Shown here piece after piece: positions 33,690-48,100 of a stretch of 64,000 nt of DNA. Numbering within the stretch: the first letter of the stretch is position 1; every line of letters begins with the position of its first letter. A model generated the notes under the pieces. That model was given only the letters and a program-made list of their open reading frames with translations, did no database searches and was not told the DNA's origin. The stretch is from Octopus sinensis (Eukaryota). A program made the position numbers and the translations under genes. Location of the stretch: contig NC_042998.1 of NCBI RefSeq assembly GCF_006345805.1, forward strand, positions 157,418,001 to 157,482,000. Reading direction: 5' to 3'.

Positions 33690-35030
33690 TCTCACACAAC
33701 TATGGGATAAAAGGAAGCTGTCTCTAAAAGGTCGAGGTGAGGTGGCGTTTGGGTACATCGCATCCGTCATCTATTACCGCCTGACCGTCGTGCTTTGTCC
33801 CGACCCTACCATCACGAAACTGGAACGCATACTGTTCCGCTTTTTGTAGAAGGGAAGCGCTCCGATGGTTAGGCGATCCATTTGCTATCAACATCCGCTA
33901 AAAGGAGGGCTGAGTATGCCGTGATTAATGATGCGCAGACATGCGTTGGGACTGCGACTCCTCCAGCTTTTCATTGACGACGGTGAATAGGTGTGGTCGC
34001 CATTTGTGAGGCACGATCCCCGCAGCTCGTCTCATTGACCGAATTGGATCAAACGAGGGTCAAGTAAAGACCGAGGCTGGGCGAAAGGCACCACGAGTGT
34101 TACCATGCTCCTGAGCAGCTCTGCCACTCGGGTTCTAACTTGTGCGATTTCAATTCCACAAAGGCGATCTACAGAGAAGTAGTGGAGGGGGTGCCACGAC
34201 GTTCATGGGGAGACTCTGGGCGTCAACGAGAAATTCCTGACCCGACTCTTCAGGACCACTTTCAGGCCAGGACATTTGGACAATTTCTCGTGATCTCTGT
34301 CTTGCTATCGGGAAGCATTGCCCGTTCGAGATAAGGTCAATAGACACGGTTCAAGAAACACCGGATCGACCTGCCTGAGATGTGGCCGGAATGACGAAAC
34401 CGTTCTTCATGCACTCGTGCAATGTCCAAATATTTCAGACCTGTGAGCCTATATCGAACGGCGGCTATCACGTGTGGGATGAGTCCAGCTCTCAGCCGAG
34501 TCTATCGTAAATATTTCCCCGCCACCTTCCTTTAACTGGGAAGTCAATGCAGTTATCATCGTATTCGTGGCTATGGTGAAAGTATGTGTATGGCGGACTT
34601 GTTTGAAAGGTTTAGAGACAAATTATTTCCTCTCTTGCCAACTTCTCATCAATTCTTTGAAGTATCACTTGAAAAGGAAGGCAAGAGAAGACAGGGAAGT
34701 TTTGTCTAATGAAAGGTTTAATAAAAGCTGGGTGGATGTAGTAAAGATGGTACGCATGAATGTCGGGACTACTTTGAGCATGAACCTACAAAACAAAAAG
34801 AGAGAGGGGACTTTGCTCTCATATTGTTTTCCCTTTTCCTAATGTGACCGTGCTTTTTTTCTGTAGGTTTTTCTTTCCACGGATAACCCTAGTCAGTATT
34901 ATATTTACTCCCCCTTTTTGGAACACTAATTGTTAAAAACGTTGCTTTGTTATTCCCTTGCGTGCACGTCCCAAAACGTTTTCGATCCCCTTTGATCGTT
35001 TTCGAAACAAAAAATCTGTTCGGCGCTGCT
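33690..35030 (+). mobile_element. Tx1/L1-type LINE 3' fragment, degenerate
   Basis: YYRLTVVLCPDPTITKLERILFRFL and KYHLKRK; collinear with ~60270-61560. Confidence 0.88.
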
Positions 35031-35057
35031 TAGCTAATAAATCTATCTATCTATCTA

Positions 35058-35093
<36 letters not shown>

Positions 35094-38000
35094 TCTATCT
35101 ACACGTATGTATTACTGCCGAACCAGTAGTACTTGCTTTTCCTACTACATTTTACTAGGATGTGAATCCTTAGATTATAGCCGTCACTGCCTTTACAAAC
35201 TAATTGAATTTGTACGCCTAATAACAGTAACTGCGTAAATATAATTTTACAGTGGTCATTTAATTGCAAAGAAGGCGAATACTGACAGAAGTGTAAAACG
35301 TTTGAAATCATTGTCAAGTCTAGCCCTCCTTCACTATCCAGAATGAAGTTGTAAGCATATGACTCACTACCGTATCTTATAAATCTGGCTAGTTTATAAA
35401 TGCACTGGTGGCTAAAAGATATAGGCTTACTTCATAATAAATTTCAGTTTGTATACACACACACACACACATTATATGTATACCATGCATGTTTGTATGT
35501 TTGTGTGTGCATGTGTATTATACTAATGTGTTTCACATAAAAAGGATTTTTACTGCCATTTAAGTTGTACTGGAGGAACTTGAAATGTTATTTATTATGT
35601 TTACAAGTATCTTTTTATGTTTGTAAAGATTTTATTTAAAAATATATTTTGTAATTGTGTTGTTGGGAAAAGAAATAGCAAGGTTATTTACTATTTGTAT
35701 CATTAATTTTTATAATATTAATGACATTATTATATCTAGTAGAGTTGTATATATTTCAGGGATATTTATAAATCATGATCTTAGTTAGTATTTATGTAAA
35801 TATTTTGTAGACTTTGTAGGAGACATAGAGTCCGCCTAATGTATATTTTTTAGTACTGTCGTTCTCTGATTGAGTACGCACATACTGAGAGAAATATGTG
35901 CATTGAGAATTGATCGTTTGACTAACATTCTTACTGCGACCGTCCTGTTTTTTTTTTCTTTTTTTACTTATCATTTTCACCTGTTTGTGTTGTTTAGTCC
36001 TTACTTTCCACGGATATCTTCTACATAGACATGACAACAACAGCAAGTTATGATAACATTTGTTTTTTTTTATTTTCATTCAGTCTCTGAACGACAAAAA
36101 CTAAACATGATAAGCAAGAATCTGATCAAAAATATTTCTTTTGTAGAAAAAAGATAGTGTGATTTTCGGGAAACTTAATTGCTGGGTATCTCTAATATTT
36201 GTTCTCATAAGATTAATATATTTTTAATTGCACTGTTACTGGATCAGTAATGAAGTTTGGGGATTTGACAGTGTTTTACTGAACAGATTGATGCCAGTGG
36301 ATCTTTAATAAGACATCAACCTAAAATGTTTATTGTGTCAACGACAACCATAACAATATTTCGTTGACATAGCTATCTCATTTGCCATTTCGACTATCAC
36401 CAGCATTATCATGATGGCTGAATGAATTTTAGTAACGATAAAGGAGATCGTCATTACGGCAAAGAGGTCGTGACAAGGATGAGGATGATGATAATGATGA
36501 AGATATTAAGGTTAATGAAAATAATGACGATGCTTGTCATGATAATCATCTTCTCACTCTATAGCATTAGATTCTTTACTTCTTCGAATTCTGTCCGGTC
36601 ACTTATCCTTCGATGATTTTCTAGATGTTAGAGTCATCTGCAAAATTTTTCTTCTACGGCATTTGATGGCACTTGCAATGACATTTATGCAGATGATCCA
36701 AAAAGTGCCAACAACTTACAACCGTGGGCACTCGCCCTGACAAGCAATAACGAAATGTTTCACAGAATACATTCCACAGTCCTACAAGCATACGTTGGTT
36801 AATGTAATCCACTGCCTGAACTCGGAGAGGTGGCTCTGATTAGAATAATTTTAATCATAGTTCCACTCGACGAGTGGTGATATATAACTAAACATACAGC
36901 CTGTTGCAAAACACCTTTTAGATTTATTCATTTCTATTGCTAGAAATCTAAAACGAATTCTTCTCTAAATTAATTTCATTATTCCTGTTTTTGTATAGTT
37001 TAACTTATCCTAATCATTTTTACATGTTCTCAAGCTTCAGGCCTAATCTTGGATTGCATTTGTACTGCAATATAAAACAAAATATCTGCAGTTTTCTCAA
37101 CTTCACAAACTGAACTGAACATCGAACAGTTGTATTAAAGATTTTTGTACTCTCTTATCTGTCCTTATGTTGCTTTTGAAACGATAATGATCTCAGTTTC
37201 ATCACGTGAATGCAGTGATGTTACTGGCAATTTGTTACCGTGTTGTATTTAGTATCAAATACCATGTGGAAACTATATCTGATAATGTCATCATAACCTG
37301 TATGAAAATTGTTTCACGATTACATTATTTCCAGTTTTCTGATTCCTTGTTGTAAATGTATGATCAAACGCCATCAGAGTAATATAATATTGGGTCCATT
37401 GTAACAATTCCAATCATGAAGTTTACAACATTCATGTCTACACTGGAATCGATAGTCTAATATAGATAGTGGTCTTAACGTTTGTGGTTTTATGCTGATG
37501 TCGTTTTAATTGTGGTGTTCTTCAAGTACATTCTAACAGCCAACTAAAATACAAATCAGATACGTGTGAAATAAACAATGAAAATAATGAGGGACAAATT
37601 GTTTAGCAATTTTGAATTTGTGGATAATGAATTTATCGATTTCAACAAAATTCTCATGAGCTCTGTTGTCAAAACCTAATACGAAAAAAAATAAAAATAA
37701 AGACCGAAATACCCGCCTTTAGCATAATTTCATTCAGAAGACGGGGTCGTGATCCTGAAACCTTAACAAACTTACGAACATTTTTTTCGTGTCTTTAGTA
37801 TGCAGACGTACACACGCACACACCCTACCGACCACACACTCACACACATGTGCACACTCACACCATGTACACACACATACATGTACACACACACACTCAC
37901 ACACACACACACAAGCACAGATAAATATGCGTGTATCTGCATTTGTATATATGTGAGTATATTAATATATATATATATATACACACACACATATGAGTAC

Positions 38001-38185
38001 GTATATTTATTTGAGTATGTGTATGTATTTGTGAATATACATATATTATAAAATTATATTATATATTATAATATATATAATTATAAAATGTTTATACTTC
38101 AACCGTAAAGGTTTTTTTAATATACTGCCACGCTTTCTGATGGAATCCTTTTATGTAGAGAAAGGGACTTCATCCTATATTGTTA

Positions 38186-38225
<40 letters not shown>

Positions 38226-39819
38226 GCGTGTGTTTGTATATGTCTATATGAGAGAGGGAGAAAAAGAAGGAGAGAGAGTGAGTGACAAAGATAAAGAGAG
38301 GAATGGATTGACAGATAATTGGAACCGGATTCTAATGTATTCTCATTTTCGCTTTTAATTCACAGAAATGGTAGAAATATGACTATTCAAATTTATGAAA
38401 TAATCAAAGCAAGAATTTCGAAGAAGTGACAGACAGTTAAATGATGTAAATACTCCAAAAATGTTAGTAAAGCAGTATGTGAGCGTTAATGACAGATTCA
38501 CCCAGAAAACCGTTCCAAAGTGTTGAATGTTCTTGATTAAGTTCAGTATGTGGTGTGGATATAAAGTTTTATGCCTTTAACTGATCCATTTCATACTGGA
38601 TCACCGCTCTTTTGTCATCCTGCTTTTGTAACATTTAATTTCGTAATTTTTGCCAATTAAAGTTTCTTTTCTGTTACCTTGTCATTATTTATTTGTATTT
38701 TATTATGAACACATTTTATGTATTGATTATTGAGAAAAGAAAATGCTATTTTTTTCTATCCGTTATCAATTTTTAGTGAGAAAAGAACGACATATGTAGT
38801 AATATTAGTTGTCCCCAACTGTTATTGATATGCTACTTTTCTTTATTCAACATTTTGAGGGCTGTACCCTAATTTCACTTTGACTAGTTTCAATTCTCGA
38901 TACATTTTCCCTTGTGAAGTTATTTCTGACCCTCCATTGGATCTCGGTGCAGTCGATTAAATCAATCCTGGTACTTAACAGACACTTCTTGTTTTAACGG
39001 CGTGAGAGGTGTGATTGGTTCGTACAATTTACAGAAACGCAACTGTAACTAAATATGGCAAATTTTATCAAATTCTCTTAGGATTTTATTATTTTATTAT
39101 TAGGATTTCGACAGTGAATTTTAATAATATTTTTATTTAGTTGATTTTTTTATGACACTGCTAATTTTTATGTAAATTTGCAAAAATCTGTTACATAAAT
39201 CTGTAGCAAGCTTTCCAATGATGATTGGAATTTACTTTATGATTGCTGTATTTATAATCCTAGTTGCATAGCATTTTGCAGTAGGACTCTGAAAATGCTG
39301 GGCATGTATTTACATTATGGTGAATTTACTACCTGCTATTCAATAACCTATTGAATTCTCCCGCTTGGTAGCTTCATCGGAAGTTAATATCATCCCAAGT
39401 AAAAAAACTTCGCCTCTAAACTTCTTGTCATACCAAATACATTGCTAGTAAATTTACCGAAGTGCCTTCTATCCACAGAAAAATTATTTAAAGTAACTAA
39501 ATATAATTTCAAGGTTTAATTCACAGTATAAATACATCACATATCACATTCACTTCCTCCCTCTCTATCTCTATTTTTCTATCTCTATACCTGTGTACAG
39601 CTTGATAGAAATGATAGAAGGATAGAAAATGAAATCCAAGTTACCTTCAAAAATAAAATCTCAAAATATTCAGTGGAATTGATCATAATATTTTCAGTTG
39701 GAAAAGGGAAGGAATATTCTAGACAAATAAGAAGAATGCTTCTTAAGCAATTCAGAATTTTAGATTTTGATATTTTTACAGTGAAATGCCAATATTTCAT
39801 TTTGTTATTGGAATTTCAA

Positions 39820-41300
39820 CCCTAGTGTTCGTATTTTTTAATATTCGTTTTACAACATTTCAGCAGTCTCCAGTTTGCTACATTGTCATGACATCTCTTA
39901 TATTGTTTCTGGGCTAGTAGCGTACATTGACTGGTAATATGCCATACGGTTTCACCAATTTGTCCACAAATTTTGCACTTATCACTTTCTGCTGTGTTGT
40001 CTATTCTGTATTTAATGTAATTCGTTCTTAGTGCTAGATCTTAGGCAGCACAGATCAGAGCCTCCGTTTCCAGTTTTAAATCACTTTTAGTCATCCATAG
40101 CCATCTTTTTTTCTGTCTGTCTTATCTTCAACATCCCTATGAAATTTTCCATGCATTCTTTTCTTAATCCACCTATTTTCAGTTTCATTCATTCTCAAGT
40201 ATTTGTACAGTGCTTTATCTTCGCAATCTTCCATCCCACACAAGTCTGACCTTCATACGTCGTATAATAGTTGTTCTGTGGCAATTTTTACACACCATAC
40301 TATGTTGTTTTCTTCTGCTCTAATACTGTGTACGTATTCGATCAGTTCTCTTCCCCCTCTTTTTCTTGATGCATACAGTCTGTCTGTCTTTGTCACATTT
40401 TGGGTGGAGTATCCCATATGTAATCAGAAATTTCCTCGTTATTCTGTCTAAGCTGTTTAGTTCGTCTACTGTCCATGCGATTATCCCTACTCCATATCTA
40501 AGGAGTGAAACCGTCCAGGTATTGATAGCTTCAATTTTATTTCATCTGTTTAAATTCGACTTAAGGATCAGTCTCAGTCTGCGCAAGTATTCCACCTTAA
40601 ATTTTTCTGTCATTTCCTTCGCCGCGGTGCATCAGCACAGCCGCATCTTTGAGCTGAAACTACGGGAACAAAATCAATTTATCCATTTCCAGTATCCCCG
40701 AGTACTTAAAGCTCGCCTTTTCAATTTGCTTCATAACCTCCCCCGACGGTATCGCTAGCACGCCCATATATTTGATTTTGCCTCTCTTCAAGACTAATAC
40801 ACCACTCTTTTTCAGTCCGAACTCCATTCTGATATCAGCACTAAAAGTATACACCATATCAACAAGGGAACTGACTTGGGATTCATCTTTACTATAAAGT
40901 TTGAGATCATCCATGAATAACATGTGGTTGATTTTTTTTTTGTTGGCGACTCTTGAATACATAGCCAGCTTTTGCTTTCCTGAGAATCAATGTTAGTTGT
41001 ATTATGCACAGTACAAAGACCAGTGGAGACAGGCAGTCCCCTTGGAAGATGCCTCTCCTGATTTCTATTGTCCCTACACCTCTTCACATGCTATCAATTC
41101 CGTCCTCCACTTCGCCAGACTTTTTTCAAGTAATCGCTCAACATTCGATTAGAATTCTATGCAAGCGTGAAACATTGGACAAAAGTGAAACATCAGAAGT
41201 AAATTGTCCTAGTTGCCGAGGTTATTTTAGTTGTAAAAAAAAAGCTGTTGTTCCAAAGACATAGTTTATTTGGTAGATAGATAATAAGCAGCTTTCTTTA
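39820..41300 (-). pseudogene. R4-type (RLE) LINE RT and zinc-finger fragment
   Basis: GIFQGDCLSPLVF; HMLFMDDLKLY; MEFGLKK; CKICGQIGETVWHITSQC. Confidence 0.85.
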
Positions 41301-41469
41301 TTATAAGACATATGTGACTAATTCGGAGAATCGCTATTTTCATTATTCCCATATCGTCACTCTCGTAACTCGACACTTTGTAATTTTGGTTCAAATTGAA
41401 AGTGTGAAATTATTTCCACTTACTAATGAAACCTGGTCGTTGTAAAGAAGTGTATTTCAAATAACTATA

Positions 41470-41815
41470 GCTAGCTGTTGAGATAACGTAGAAAATATGT
41501 AAATGAAAATAAAGTTTATTTGACATGTGTGATTGATTTGATTGTTCTGGTTTTAACATCAGTTGGTAAGAATAGAAATTACTTGACGACACCTTTTTGT
41601 TTGTAATTGGCTCTCCTGTTGCAGGTTCAATCCGTGGAGTATTAAAATGATACCCATCTTGTCCATTCCACAGAATAAGAGGATACTAGAGAGCATCATA
41701 AGAGGGATGAGTCTATGAAAAACGTTTAAGGTTGTCTCGAACACGAATGAGAATATCAGGATTTTCAAGGGGATCATCAACCATAAGGATAGCTACATCA
41801 TTAAATGTGAGCTCA
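41470..41815 (-). pseudogene. Helitron Rep/Hel protein fragment (missed by the ORF track)
   Basis: TFNDVAILMV..THPSYDAL*YPLILWNGQDGYHFN..KKVSSSNFYSYQLM. Confidence 0.85.
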
Positions 41816-43032
41816 GTAAAACAGCGTAAAATGTTCTTTACTATAGTTTACTATAGACGTATGGAACGCAGAAACAAACACTCATAGACACATATACACT
41901 CATAGAATTGATGATATTGAAAACAGCAAAACATACACACACGAAGTTCAAGCGAAACCAAATGTAGTCAATATAGGTGCAAAACATACTTTCTGTAGCA
42001 TAGTTATGCTATAAAAAATGGGAAGTCACCAATTTAGCAAAGGTCAAAATTTATTTGGAACACGTACTAAATGTTATAAAATTCACGATTGAATGAATGT
42101 CACGGTGAAGAAAGTGAAAGCCCAAGAAAATTCAGAAGGCATAATTCAATTTTTCATACAAAAAGATTTGGAAATGAACGCTGAACAAAGTGTATAGAAA
42201 GGGATATGCTGCTGTTATGAACGTTAATTTAAAACATTTGTTGAAGGAGGTATGTAGCAAGATAAGGACTGTTAAAAAGGCATTATCTTCAAACTGGTTA
42301 GAAGGAATAGAATAACATTTCTGTAATTATATTGAAAAAGCCGCTGAGGCTTTCTACTTCGCCAAGTTTCCAAATTTGTTTGGAATCACTTATTTTTCAG
42401 ATATATTAGCGAATATTGTGAGTGCTGTCAAATGAGCCAAATCTTCATGCTGGCTGGTATTACTTCAAAGTGAACGCTGTTGTTCGTTTAAAGTCCAGGC
42501 CGCAACTAAACTGTTTCAAAATCGGCACGTTTCACTGTTGGTGGGGGTAGGGGTAAAGTCACGTACATATACTAAGACACATACACACACAAAATACATT
42601 AACGCACACTTCAAGCCTATTTCTGACCCTGTGTGCGTCTGTCCCTGTCTTTAAATGTGTGTGGGTGTGTCAGTCGTCACAAAAATTTATGTATACTGAC
42701 AGACACATAAACCATCATAGGCATATACTTGTCAGTCATCGGCCTAAAGCATGTAACGAAAGCGTGAACACACTCATATAGAAAATGTGACGTCACCGTC
42801 GTTGAGGTGGTGGTATAAAATGGCGTTTACGATTGGTGACTAAACAAAAATTATAATGTTAAATTTTTTTAATGTAAATATGTGAATAAAAATATAGTTT
42901 AGTTGGTAACCGAGAGCTTACTGAATCTATTGATACCTCACGTCAAAATCGGCAACTCGGTTTTGGAATGCATAAGGAACGTACACACGCGCACACACAC
43001 GCACAGACACAGACACACACACACACACACAC

Positions 43033-43072
<40 letters not shown>

Positions 43073-43955
43073 CTCTCTTTAACAAATATAGATATATCAG
43101 CACTGAGGTCAGTGTAGTCGACTTATTCTTTCCCTTAAAACTGCTGCCTTTCTTCGAAGTCGAAGTCAGTTTTGTTTTCCATCCTTTCGGAGTTGGAAAT
43201 ATAAAAAGCCAGTGAAGCACTAGGGCCTATAATACCTACTAATCCCATTTCCTTCACCAAACTACTGGCCTTGAGCCTAAATCAGAAACTAATCCTACTA
43301 CTGTAATCATATATATCTTGTTTTCATTGCAAGCACCGCGCTGCAGGTTCTCTGGATATGTATTTTTTTCTTTATCTCCAACGCTTTCTATTGTATTGCA
43401 AAAAGTCTGCGTGATATATTTGCATAAGTGTTATTTTATGTATGCTGTGCATATTTTTGAATCCTGAGGTTTTAGTTGTGCATTTTTCTGCGGGCTTTAA
43501 AATAATTTGCCAAGATATATTTTTCTTGTTCCAGGTATTTTCCCTTGTCATATGCATATAGCAGTTGAGAAACGTTTTATAAAATTCAATATGTCAGCAG
43601 GTTCAACGTTCGAAGAGTGAAAAGCATTGCATGAGAGCAATACTAGACTTAGTAGTGCTAATATTAAAGCTGTCACCTACCTTGCAAATTTTGTTTAATA
43701 GGAAAAAAGAAACAGTTTGCGAAGATTTTTTAATGGAACTTTAGTAATAGATATGTATATTTTAACTTTGGGAACACCAACAACTGTAGCAACGACATTA
43801 AAGACAGGAACGAAAGTACAACACTGGAAGATGGAAATGTTTAGAATGTCGTCAGAAAGTCGAACAGATCAAGTGCTACCACAAACATTCACATCCTTCA
43901 CGGCATCATTGTTGTTATCATCATTATCAACTTTTGTATGTATTTATATATTTAA

Positions 43956-44021
<66 letters not shown>

Positions 44022-44198
44022 CTTATACATATACCTATATTACAGTTTACACACTAATATATGTAAAAAGACGAGCAATTATCAAAGCATTTGAATTATT
44101 TTTGTACAGTTTTGCCAAATTCATCGAAAATGTGACATATTTCAACCGGCCTAAATTGTGATTATACGTAAACACTGCTTAGCGCATTTACTCCGATA

Positions 44199-44284
<86 letters not shown>

Positions 44285-45156
44285 GTGTGTGTGTGTGTGT
44301 GCGTGTGTGTGTATGCGCGCGCGCGTGCATTTGTGTGCGTGTATACGTAAATATACTTGAGTACGGGTAAATTGAAGATAGAGTAGCCAATATCAGCGGT
44401 AGTATATGAAGTGTATATTATGATGCTTTGTAAACAGCTTGCATATGCAAGTGCTACCAGTCAAGAGCTCCAAACTCCGGAAGCCAACAAGTGAATGGGG
44501 TCATCAGGAGAGAACGTTTCGGGGCCTACTGTCAGCATACGACGGCTGAAATGCAGGGTTTCAAGTTAAGAGACCAGCCTTATTTCTAATAAGTCAGACA
44601 TTATATAAATAAATTAAATAGTAAAATCAATGTCTTGAACAGTGGTATGGATTAGTTTTGGGTTTTTAGATGTTAGAATGTTGGATGGGATATGTTTTGG
44701 CTCTTGAACAACAGTGATGGCGTGGTTATAGAGTCCTGATATGAATGTGCGCCTGCTTGTCTTTAATAAGAATCTTTTTCCAGGCTTGCAATTTGTAGAA
44801 AGACTCTATAGATACAGATCCTTAGTCTTGTGACAAATACAGAATTCGCAGAGTTTTGAAGGAGCCATGTACTGCTTGCTTTATTTTACATTGCAAGTCA
44901 TGCATCATGTTGAGAGTGTAGGGTGCTTCGCTATTATTGAGGAAATGAAGCCATATTTTACATTTTCTTCATTTGAATAGCTTTTTCTGAGTTTTGAGAA
45001 GAGATTATTTGCAGTTAATTAGGGGATCAAGTTTTCTGTTGCTTGTTTCATAAACAAAAACATTGTCTCTAAGAACATACATAACTGGATTTTTTGTTCG
45101 TTATTCTCAGTTTACTGATAAATGTTTAGAAATTTTTTGTCTACTACACATATTTT

Positions 45157-48100
45157 TAGTGAACAGGATAAACGTCAAATATTGTAAGAATCCTTCAGAA
45201 TGTGATACAAATATTCAATTTGGCACACTTCAAATTTAAAACATGCTTTTTCAGATAGGCATGATTGCCAACATGAAAATTGAAAATGGCGGTCATCACA
45301 ATCACTCTCATCAACGGTCACACACACACTGTCCCTGCCACACCGAACTACAGCTGGCTAAGTATAACGAGGCATAAATCCGATCAAACACAAATGCACA
45401 CATACTCAACATTCGTAAAATAAGAATACCAATTTATTATATAAAGAATCTATGTAAATTAAGTTATTACTTAAATGTTTAAGAATTTACAATAAAATTA
45501 ACATAAATAACCTTGTTGAACTTCTGTTGTTTCAGAGTCTTTCAAGGCTGTTTATTTTATTTTTAGAACAATACTCTTAGACAATGTAACATATTGTCAT
45601 ATCTGATATGTTTCAATTTTGCTGGTATGAACATGTCAAGTGTACACATCCCCACGGACTGGACAAAGTATTGCCTATGCCAAGAAGCCACTACGCAGAA
45701 ACTTCAACAAGCTGATTACCATCGCCTCCACAACAGCAATGGCTACAAGACTCTGCACAAAAATATTTCTGTACTATGTGAACTTAGTGGCCTTCCCATA
45801 CCCATCAATCCGGCCAGGCTAGATAAAGGCAATCTTGGCATACAGGAGACACTAAAGAGAAAGTACAACCTCAGCTGTTTCTTGATGTTCAGAGAAACAA
45901 AAGTGGTGAGAGCAAGTAAAAAGAGAGTGCGACAGAGGGTCTTAACAGAAACGAAGAAAGGACCAAAAGGCAGCGCACCTACACAAAAAAGAATATTTGT
46001 TTCATCCGTGAAAAGAAGGACATTCAAGAAAATTTGAGGCATGCATCAACAATGCAGATTGATGTATCACTAAAGGAGATTTCACTGACTAACAGCAAAT
46101 TGCAAGCCAAGCTTAGTGACCCTAATGCAGTTGCCTAAAAGCTAAAGTATCATCTACATTGCTACATATGTCTGCCGGTGCTGATCAAGTGACTGTATTC
46201 CGACTGCCGGATCAAACAAAAATGTACTGTGAACAGCTTGTTCAATTAGGTGTATCACAAGAAAATATGAATGCTACTAGACTGAAGGAGAGGATCTTGT
46301 TCCATGCTCCAGAGGTAGAGGCATATAAGAGTGGAAGAGACGACATGATAATAGCTTTTCAAAATTACATTGGACCAGTTCTATCTTCAGACATGATGAA
46401 CTATGATGAAGCCATACTTAATTCAAAAACAAGGTGCTGCAATGCTCTAGTGCATTGTATGGGGGAAGGGGTTGATAGCCAGTACTTAAACTCAAGTGTC
46501 TCACCCGAGCAGCAACATCTTATCACTTGTCTTGCCAACGGATCAGGTATCAAGGCACAAATGGAAAGTGGTGTGTCAAAAGCTGATTTTGTAATGGCTC
46601 AATTGCTTTAGTTTAACTTGTTCCAATGAAAACACTCAGAGCTACAAGTTATAGATACACGAAGAAGAGAGAATCACCTTTATCTGTTTATTTGGGACTG
46701 CTTTATTCAAGGACTCGGAAAAACAGCGAGTGGACACAGTGTTTGAACACAGATTGTCTGTCTTATATGACCAAATACTTGAAATATCAAACCAGCTGGG
46801 TGAAGGTATCGTTAGTCAGTATGTTGAAGATGACATAATGTGTTCACACTTTCGGCTGTTGATAACATTAACCATGACCCAAAAACAACAACAGCAAGAG
46901 TATCATTCCATGGAACAAGTATTTCTCTGTTCCAGAGTATTACGAGAGGAGAGCCTCAAGCAGAACTGGCTCTAAAGAAAAAAAATCATAAAGATTCCCG
47001 AGCTCCCAGAAAGCTACACGAAAGTAAAATCGGCTTTTCTGGAAAAGTGCCCTAAATCACCTTTGGGTGACATTCCCACCCTACCATTAGCGCCGAATCT
47101 AAAACTTGAGTATGACTAGTTGCAGTCAGTAGCTCTTGCAGAAGTGTATGACAATATCATTAAAGTCACATGGTCAGCACACAATGGTCAACAAATGTAA
47201 GATCTGCAGTTTGATGTGAACATGTCTGCCCTTATGTCCTTACTAAGAGAGCATTCTAACGAGGTGTCAGCTATAAAGCATGCCATGGACAAGGCCAAAG
47301 AAGTCAAGCATCACTTAAATCCACTGTTTGAACTGGCCAAGCAGATTTAATGAAAGTGGCCACAAACCTATGGCAGTTTTGTGATACTAATAGGCTCACT
47401 GTACATTAAGATGGCTGCTTTAAGAGTTGCTGGTAATTCGCTCAAAAGTAGTGGGTGGACAACAGCGATTGAAGAAGCTGGCATTGCAGAGCTTTTGGCA
47501 TAGCTGAGTCTCTTTAGTCTGCCGCCAGTGTAAGAAAAACAAGAATAGTACATTAGGTACAGCCTGTAGCTTCTATCAGCTTAAAAAAAGGCGTATGAGG
47601 CAAGTAATGAGTCTAGGCGCTTTCATGGTTGGTGTGCCGAACGAGAAGCTCAGGAACCTCAGTTCTTGTACTGGAACATGGTGCTCAGACTGGAAGTAAT
47701 CATCCTCGGGCTTATTAGGTCCACCAGGGTGGGGGATTTCACAGGGTATCTTACCTCACTGAATGCCTTGATGCTGTACTTTGCCAATGGTAGCACCCAT
47801 TATGCAAGATAGTTGTCTGTGCACATCAATGGTATGCTAAAGCTGCCTGAAGCCAATCCATCTGCCAATGAAGATTTTGCAGCAGGAAGGTTTGTGATCC
47901 ACAAGACAGAAAGACCTTTCTCTTCCATCGGAGTGGATCAAGTACATGAGCAAAATAATGCTCTAGTCAAGAGAGATAGAAGAGCTGTAGGTATCAGGGA
48001 AAATGAGTCTGCCTTGCTAAGGTGGTTGGTGTCAGGGCCAGAAATATATCGCCTTAATGGGGAATATGATGAGTACTAATATACCACACCACAAACACAC

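Noticed and set aside
38360-38560. Good-looking splice acceptor (TTCACAG)
   Set aside because: All three frames hit early stops and no matching donor was found; the same applies to the acceptor-like site at 41623, which lies antisense to the Helitron fragment.
44495-44540. Minus-strand CTGACAG..GAAAC-GTT followed by CTGATGA, possibly at the end of a decayed PLE (~44470-45100)
   Set aside because: Core is altered and stem I does not pair; the adjacent protein similarity is too weak to call.
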